Assembly: GCA_963666515.2 (NCBI GenBank)
Contig: OY762897.2
Location: forward strand, 3,392,001 to 3,456,000
From: Candidatus Binatia bacterium
Lineage (GTDB): Bacteria; Desulfobacterota; Binatia; UBA9968; JAJDTQ01
Direction of reading: 5' to 3'
DNA length: 64,000 bases
The translations under genes were made by a program, and so were the position numbers. Of this stretch, positions 59,079 to 64,000 are shown in pieces. Each line of letters opens with the position of its first letter. Position 1 is the stretch's first letter. Below the pieces are notes generated by a model. The model was not told the DNA's origin. It made no database searches and saw only the letters and a list, made by a program, of their open reading frames with translations.

Positions 59079-60201
59079 AGTCGACGTCCAACGGCGCCTC
59101 GGGGACTTCGGCATCGAGGCCCGGTTCAGCAGCGACCAGGGGGTGACGGCGCTCTTCGGCCGGTCCGGCGCGGGCAAGACCTCCATCGTGAACATGGTGA
59201 GCGGGCTGCTCCGACCGGACGAAGGGCATATCGAGGTGGACGGGCACGTCGTGTTCGACAGCGCCGCGGGCGTCGATCTGCCGGCCTGGAAACGGCGGAT
59301 CGGGTACGTATTCCAGGAAGGACGCCTGTTCCCGCACCTGACCGTCCGCTCGAACCTCCTCTACGGCTGGCGTTTCGTGCCGGCGCCGGAGCAGTACCTC
59401 ACCCTGGACCAAGTGGTGACGCTGCTGGACCTTGGGGCGCTGCTGAAACGCCGTCCGCATTCCCTCTCCGGCGGCGAGAAGCAGCGCGTGGCCATAGGCC
59501 GGGCGCTCCTGAGCAACCCGCGGGCGCTGCTGATGGACGAGCCGCTGGCGTCTCTGGACGTGCTCATGAAGCGCGAGATCCTGCCCTACATCGAGCGGCT
59601 GGACGAGATGGGCCTTCCCATCCTCTACGTGAGCCATTCCCTCGACGAGGTGTCGCGCCTGGCCCGCCACCTGGTGCTGGTGTCCGAGGGCCGGGTCACC
59701 CGCTCGGGAGCCGCCGACGAGATCCTGAGCCGACTGGAGCTGTGGTCGCCGGAGGACGAGACGGAGATCGGAACCATGCTGGCGACGCGGGTCTCCCGCC
59801 ACGATGCCGAAGCCGGGTTGACGCACCTCGATTTCCGCGGCGGGGAGTTGCGGGTCCCGATCGTGGACATCCCCGCCGGGGTAGCGGTGCGGGTTTGGAT
59901 CCGCGCCCGGGACGTGAGCGTGGCCACGGAGGCGCCACGGGGGCTGAGCCTGCGCAACGTGCTCAAGGGGACCCTCGTGGAGGTCGGCCCGAGTGACGGC
60001 GAGCCGGGGGGTCTGGCCGAGTTGAGGCTGCGCCTCGGCGACGCCTCCCTGACCGCCCTGGTCACGCGGCACGCCGTCCGCGAGCTGGGGCTGGCGCCGG
60101 GCCGGGAAGTGTACGCCCTGATCAAGAGCGCCAACCTGGACCGGCGTCAACTGAGCCTGGTGGCGGCCATGGCCGGACCCGGCGGGCAACCGAAGCCGTA
60201 A
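59071..60201 (+). CDS. modC: Molybdate ABC transporter ATP-binding protein
   Basis: GRSGAGKT, LSGGEKQR, LMDEP, C-terminal TOBE/Mop (GLSLRNVL..VYALIKS). Confidence 0.95.
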   Translation: MLEVDVQRRLGDFGIEARFSSDQGVTALFGRSGAGKTSIVNMVSGLLRPDEGHIEVDGHVVFDSAAGVDLPAWKRRIGYVFQEGRLFPHLTVRSNLLYGWRFVPAPEQYLTLDQVVTLLDLGALLKRRPHSLSGGEKQRVAIGRALLSNPRALLMDEPLASLDVLMKREILPYIERLDEMGLPILYVSHSLDEVSRLARHLVLVSEGRVTRSGAADEILSRLELWSPEDETEIGTMLATRVSRHDAEAGLTHLDFRGGELRVPIVDIPAGVAVRVWIRARDVSVATEAPRGLSLRNVLKGTLVEVGPSDGEPGGLAELRLRLGDASLTALVTRHAVRELGLAPGREVYALIKSANLDRRQLSLVAAMAGPGGQPKP

Positions 60202-60210
60202 GCGTATCCC

Positions 60211-60282
60211 GTACACGGGGGTTTGAAGCCCGCCTCCACGTTCGTCGCTTCTTGCCGACAACAAGAAACTCTGCACAACTTG
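60211..60282. repeat. REP-like palindrome plus a 32-bp segment shared with 2035-2066
   Basis: GTACACGGGGGTTTGAAGCCCGCCTCCAC at 60211-60239; CTTGCCGACAACAAGAAACTCTGCACAACTTG at 60251-60282 matches 2035-2066 at 28/32. Confidence 0.7.
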
Positions 60283-60286
60283 CTAC

Positions 60287-61546
60287 ATGGCACAGGCCGC
60301 CGACACGCGCTCCCGAAGCACCTTCTCGTCCCTGCGCAACCGGGATTTCCGCTACCTGTGGGCCGGCACCTGCTTCCTGAGCGGCGGACACTGGCTCCAG
60401 CAGCTCACCGTGGGGTGGGCCTGCTACGAGATGACGCGCTCGTCCATCCTGCTGGGAGCCATCAACGGCCTGCGTTTCGTGCCCTTCCTCATCTTCAGCC
60501 CGCTGGCGGGAGTGGCCGCGGACCGCTCGGACCGGCGCAGGATGATGATCACCACCCAATGGTTCGTGCTGGTGACGGCCCTTGGCATGGCCCTGGTGGC
60601 GCACCTGGAGTGGCTGGAAGTCTGGCACCTGTTCGCCTTCACGCTGGCGACCGGCACCGTATGGTCCTTCAGCGAGCCGGTGCGGCAGGCGCTCATCCCC
60701 GACATCGTGCCGCGGGCGGAGCTGATGAACGCCGTGGCGCTCAATTCCGCGGCCTTCAACTTCACCAAGATCATCGGCCCGAGCGTGGGCGGGGGTCTCA
60801 TTGCCTTCTTCGCGCTGTATGGGAACTTCTCCATCCAGCTTGCGGGGAACTTCTACGTCCAGAGCGCCTCCTACCTCTTCGTCATGTGGATGATCTACCG
60901 GATGAGGGTTCCGGAGCGCGTCCTGGAAGCCGCGCGCACTTCCGTGCTCAGCAACCTGCGCGAGGGAATCCGCTACGTCTGGTCGGATCCCGTGGTGTTC
61001 GCGGTGATGGCCACCGCCATGATCCCGCGCCTGTTCGCCATGCCGTACCAGGCCCTGTTGCCGATCTTCCAGAAGGACGTGCTGCAGGTGGGCGCCGACG
61101 GCCTCGGTCTGATGATGGCGGCGCCGGGTCTCGGCGCCATGGTGGCGATGCTGTTTGTGGCGCATTTCGCCGGCCGGGTGAACCGGCCCGGTTTCCTCAT
61201 GATCGCGGGGCTGGTGTTCCAGGGAGCCTTCCTCATCCTGTTCGCGCTGATGCGTACGCTGACGCTGTCGCTGCTGACCCTGACGGTGGTCGGCGGATTC
61301 CAGGTCATGTTCATGTCGGTCTCCAACATGGTGCTGCACATGACCGTCCCGGACCGGCTGCGGGGCCGGGTCATGAGCATCTACATGCTCGACCGCGGCA
61401 TCACGCCGGCCGGCGCCATGCTGGCCGGGCTGAGCGCCCACTTCATCGGCGCGCCCCATACCGTGCTGGGCATGGGGGTCATCGTGCTGGTGCTGGCCGC
61501 GGCGGTGGTGGCGTTCATGCCGGGCCTGCGCAGGGTGCGGGCGTGA
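60287..61546 (+). CDS. MFS transporter (MFS_3/EntS-like)
   Basis: TFSSLRNRDFRYLW, GVAADRSDRRR, VPDRLRGRVMS; about 12 TM segments. Confidence 0.92.
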   Translation: MAQAADTRSRSTFSSLRNRDFRYLWAGTCFLSGGHWLQQLTVGWACYEMTRSSILLGAINGLRFVPFLIFSPLAGVAADRSDRRRMMITTQWFVLVTALGMALVAHLEWLEVWHLFAFTLATGTVWSFSEPVRQALIPDIVPRAELMNAVALNSAAFNFTKIIGPSVGGGLIAFFALYGNFSIQLAGNFYVQSASYLFVMWMIYRMRVPERVLEAARTSVLSNLREGIRYVWSDPVVFAVMATAMIPRLFAMPYQALLPIFQKDVLQVGADGLGLMMAAPGLGAMVAMLFVAHFAGRVNRPGFLMIAGLVFQGAFLILFALMRTLTLSLLTLTVVGGFQVMFMSVSNMVLHMTVPDRLRGRVMSIYMLDRGITPAGAMLAGLSAHFIGAPHTVLGMGVIVLVLAAAVVAFMPGLRRVRA

Positions 61547-61567
61547 GCGACTGAGCGACCGGAATCC

Positions 61568-61600
61568 TTGACAACCCGCGGCTTCCGCTGTTTCCATTAG
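61568..61600 (+). promoter_or_regulatory. Possible sigma70 promoter for the dioxygenase genes
   Basis: Perfect TTGACA at 61568; weak -10 region (TTCCAT/CATTAG). Confidence 0.35.
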
Positions 61601-61633
61601 GGGTTCTCGAATCGAACGCGCGGTGGAGGCATC

Positions 61634-62983
61634 GTGGGCAACGGCAGACAACGGAACGGGACCTGGGTCGATCTGGACCGGGGCACCATCAGCCGGGAGA
61701 TCTTCGTCAACGAGGACATCTACCGGTCGGAGCTGGAGCGGATCTTCGCGCGCTCGTGGCTCTTCGTCGGACACGAGAGCCAGATCCCCGACCCCGGCGA
61801 CTTCTTCCTCTCCCGCATGGGCGAGGAGTCGGTGATCGTCACGCGCGATCCGCAGCACGGGATCCACGTGCTGCTGAACACCTGCCGGCACCGGGGCATG
61901 AAGGTGTGCCGCTACGACCAGGGCAACACCTCGGTGTTCACCTGCCCCTATCACGGCTGGAGCTACTCCACGGACGGCGGCCTGGTGCAGACGCCGGGGG
62001 ACCTCTTCGGCGTCCCCCAGTACCGCGCCGGCTACCGCGAGCAGCTCGACAAGTCCGAGTGGAGCCTGATCCACGTGGCGAAGATGGAGGTCTACAAGGG
62101 GACCATCTGGGCCGCCTGGGACGAGGCGGCGCCGGCCTTCAGCGACTACCTCGGCGGCATGCGCCTCTACCTGGATGCGTTGCTGGACGCGCGGGACGGC
62201 AGCGAGGGCGGCTCGGAGGTGCTGGGCGGAATGGTCAAGTGGCGGATGCCGTGCAACTGGAAGTTCGCCGCCGAGAACTTCGCCTGGGACACCTATCACA
62301 GCCCCACCACCCACAAGTCCGCGGAGCTGGCCGGGATGGGACCCGGCGGCGAGGGGCAGGAGCGCCACGGCTCGGTCCACAAGAACCAGGCCAGGCGGTT
62401 CACCAGCGGGCTCATGGCGTTTCCGGCGCTCGGCCACGCCACCATCACCGGGCCGCCGGAAGTGGGCGCCGAGGCGTGGTTCCCGGAGTTTCCCAACGAC
62501 CCCGCGGTGGCGGAGTACTTCGAGCAGGTGGAGGCGAAGCGGCGAGAGCGGCAGAAGGGCAAGGTCACGGTCACCCCCGGCAACGGCAACGTATTCCCCA
62601 ACACCGCGTTCCACCCCTGGTTCCCCCGCACCATGGTGGTGTGGCACCCGGTCGGGCCGAGCCGGACCGAGGCGTGGCGCTGGTACCTGGTGGACCGGGA
62701 CGCGCCCTGGGAAGTCAAGGACCTGCTGCGCCGCTACTACATGCGGTTCTCCGGCCCGGCGGGCATGGTGGAGTCCGACGACATGGACAACTGGGTCTAC
62801 GCCACCGAGGCCAGCCGGGGCACCATCGCGCGCCGCTACCCGTACCACTACGGCATGGGCCTGGGCTTCGCCGAGCCCGTGGAGAACCTCCCCGACGCGG
62901 TGACCGTCAAGGCATCGTTCTCCGAGGAGGGCGCCCGCGCCTTCTACCGGCGCTGGGCGGAGCTGATGGATGACGAGCCGTAG
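61634..62983 (+). CDS. Aromatic ring-hydroxylating (Rieske) dioxygenase alpha subunit
   Basis: CRHRG..CPYHGW Rieske motif; NWKFAAENF, DTYHSPTTH, ESDDMDNW iron ligands. Confidence 0.95.
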   Translation: MGNGRQRNGTWVDLDRGTISREIFVNEDIYRSELERIFARSWLFVGHESQIPDPGDFFLSRMGEESVIVTRDPQHGIHVLLNTCRHRGMKVCRYDQGNTSVFTCPYHGWSYSTDGGLVQTPGDLFGVPQYRAGYREQLDKSEWSLIHVAKMEVYKGTIWAAWDEAAPAFSDYLGGMRLYLDALLDARDGSEGGSEVLGGMVKWRMPCNWKFAAENFAWDTYHSPTTHKSAELAGMGPGGEGQERHGSVHKNQARRFTSGLMAFPALGHATITGPPEVGAEAWFPEFPNDPAVAEYFEQVEAKRRERQKGKVTVTPGNGNVFPNTAFHPWFPRTMVVWHPVGPSRTEAWRWYLVDRDAPWEVKDLLRRYYMRFSGPAGMVESDDMDNWVYATEASRGTIARRYPYHYGMGLGFAEPVENLPDAVTVKASFSEEGARAFYRRWAELMDDEP

Positions 62984-63581
62984 ATCGACACCCGCGGAAG
63001 CGCTCCCGGCGCGGGAAGGCGGCGGATATCCGGCCGCGGACGGCGCGGGCGAGAGGCTCGCCTACCTGCTGCTCGCCCAGGAGGTGCACGAGTTCCTGTG
63101 CATGGAGGCGGACCTCCTGGACGAGCGCCGCTACGACGAATGGCTGGACCTTCTCACCGACGATGTCTCGTACTGGGCGCCCATGCGGCGGAACGTCCAG
63201 TTCGGCCGCTGGGACACCGAGAACACCCGCCAGGGCCAGGACATGAACTGGTTCGACGAGGGCAAGAGCACGCTCCGGCTGCGCATCAAGCAGATCACCT
63301 CCGGCGTGCACTGGGTGGAGGAGCCGTCACCGCGGGTCTCCCGAATGATCTCCAACGTCCACGCCATCCAGGCCACCCCGAGCCTGGAGGACCCGGAAGA
63401 GGTCAGCGTCCGGTACCGCATCCTGATCTACCGCAACAAGCTCGAGGACAGCACCGACATCTTCGCCGGCAAGCGCGACGACGTGCTGCGCAAGGCGGAC
63501 GGCAAATGGAAGATCTGCAAGCGCACGATGCTCCTGGACCAGAGCGTGCTGCTGTCCGCCACCATGCCGTTCGTGCTGTGA
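62970..63581 (+). CDS. Aromatic ring-hydroxylating dioxygenase beta subunit
   Basis: EADLLDERRYDEWLDL, YWAP, RMISNV, GKRDDVLR, LLDQSVL. Confidence 0.93.
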   Translation: MTSRRSTPAEALPAREGGGYPAADGAGERLAYLLLAQEVHEFLCMEADLLDERRYDEWLDLLTDDVSYWAPMRRNVQFGRWDTENTRQGQDMNWFDEGKSTLRLRIKQITSGVHWVEEPSPRVSRMISNVHAIQATPSLEDPEEVSVRYRILIYRNKLEDSTDIFAGKRDDVLRKADGKWKICKRTMLLDQSVLLSATMPFVL

Positions 63582-63593
63582 GGTGAACCGTCC

Positions 63594-63980
63594 ATGGGAC
63601 TCTTCAGCGTAGGATGCTCGCTCGAAAACCAGCAAGACAGGACCCGTTCCGTCCGCGTGTCGAAAGTCATGGTCGACACGGGTAGCGAGTTGACCTGGAT
63701 CCATCAAAGGCACCTGGAGAAAATCGGCGTCGAGCCCGAAAAGAAGGACCGGCGTTTCGTCATGGCCAATGGCCAGGAGATAACCCGGTCCATCGGATTC
63801 GCCGTCATCCGTGTGGGCAAGGAGTTGACGACGGACGAGGTCGTGTTCGCGCAGAAGGGCGACCTTCAATTGCTGGGCGCGCGTACTCTGGAGGGGCTGA
63901 ACCTGAGAGTCGACGCGCGGAACAAGAAACTTGTAGCGGCCGGTCCGTTCGTTGCCGCCGGGAATATCAAAATCGGCTGA
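63594..63980 (+). CDS. Clan AA (retropepsin-like) aspartic protease
   Basis: MVDTGSELT, MANG, LLGARTLEGLNL; GAGGTG RBS. Confidence 0.85.
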   Translation: MGLFSVGCSLENQQDRTRSVRVSKVMVDTGSELTWIHQRHLEKIGVEPEKKDRRFVMANGQEITRSIGFAVIRVGKELTTDEVVFAQKGDLQLLGARTLEGLNLRVDARNKKLVAAGPFVAAGNIKIG

Positions 63981-64000
63981 TCGAACAAGGCGTCGCGCTT

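Overview
High-GC bacterial chromosomal window. The gene content (TAXI solute-binding protein, LLM monooxygenase, acyl-CoA dehydrogenases, hydantoinase/oxoprolinase pair, Rieske dioxygenase, fused sensor-regulator, TbpB-like lipoproteins) suggests a Deltaproteobacteria/Binatia-like, possibly host-associated organism; this is inference only. An intact core block (about 10-46.7 kb and 54.3-64 kb) encodes a TPP enzyme, SET-DUF4301-mrp-DUF971-DUF59-double uvrA, prfB with its programmed +1 frameshift, ybeY-phoH-alaS-recA-thpR, an M23 peptidase with four tandem N-terminal domains, a CoA-catabolic cluster, tolC, bamD, hydantoinase A/B split by a fused kinase-regulator, a K+ channel, an amidase, modABC, an MFS transporter and a ring-hydroxylating dioxygenase. 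Two decaying accessory islands interrupt it. The first (about 5.2-10.2 kb) holds DUF4238, an IS3 with perfect 26-bp IRs, an AT-rich secreted ORF and a DPDNG-motif protein. The second (about 46.7-54.3 kb) holds an overlapping pair of a small putative toxin and a catalytically dead IrrE-like protein, an intact IS256 with a 9-bp target duplication, an integrase remnant beside a tRNA-like relic, DUF2513 and a frameshifted TbpB-like lipoprotein. The best candidate for an undescribed system is the small-protein/pseudo-protease pair at 47375-49164. Other notable structure: a nested MITE/REP element at 1949-2092 that shares 32 bp with 60251-60282, and a 20-bp inverted repeat containing TTGACA boxes upstream of the Fic gene. 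No CRISPR array, rRNA or intact tRNA was seen. All family assignments are from motif recognition; no database searches were run.
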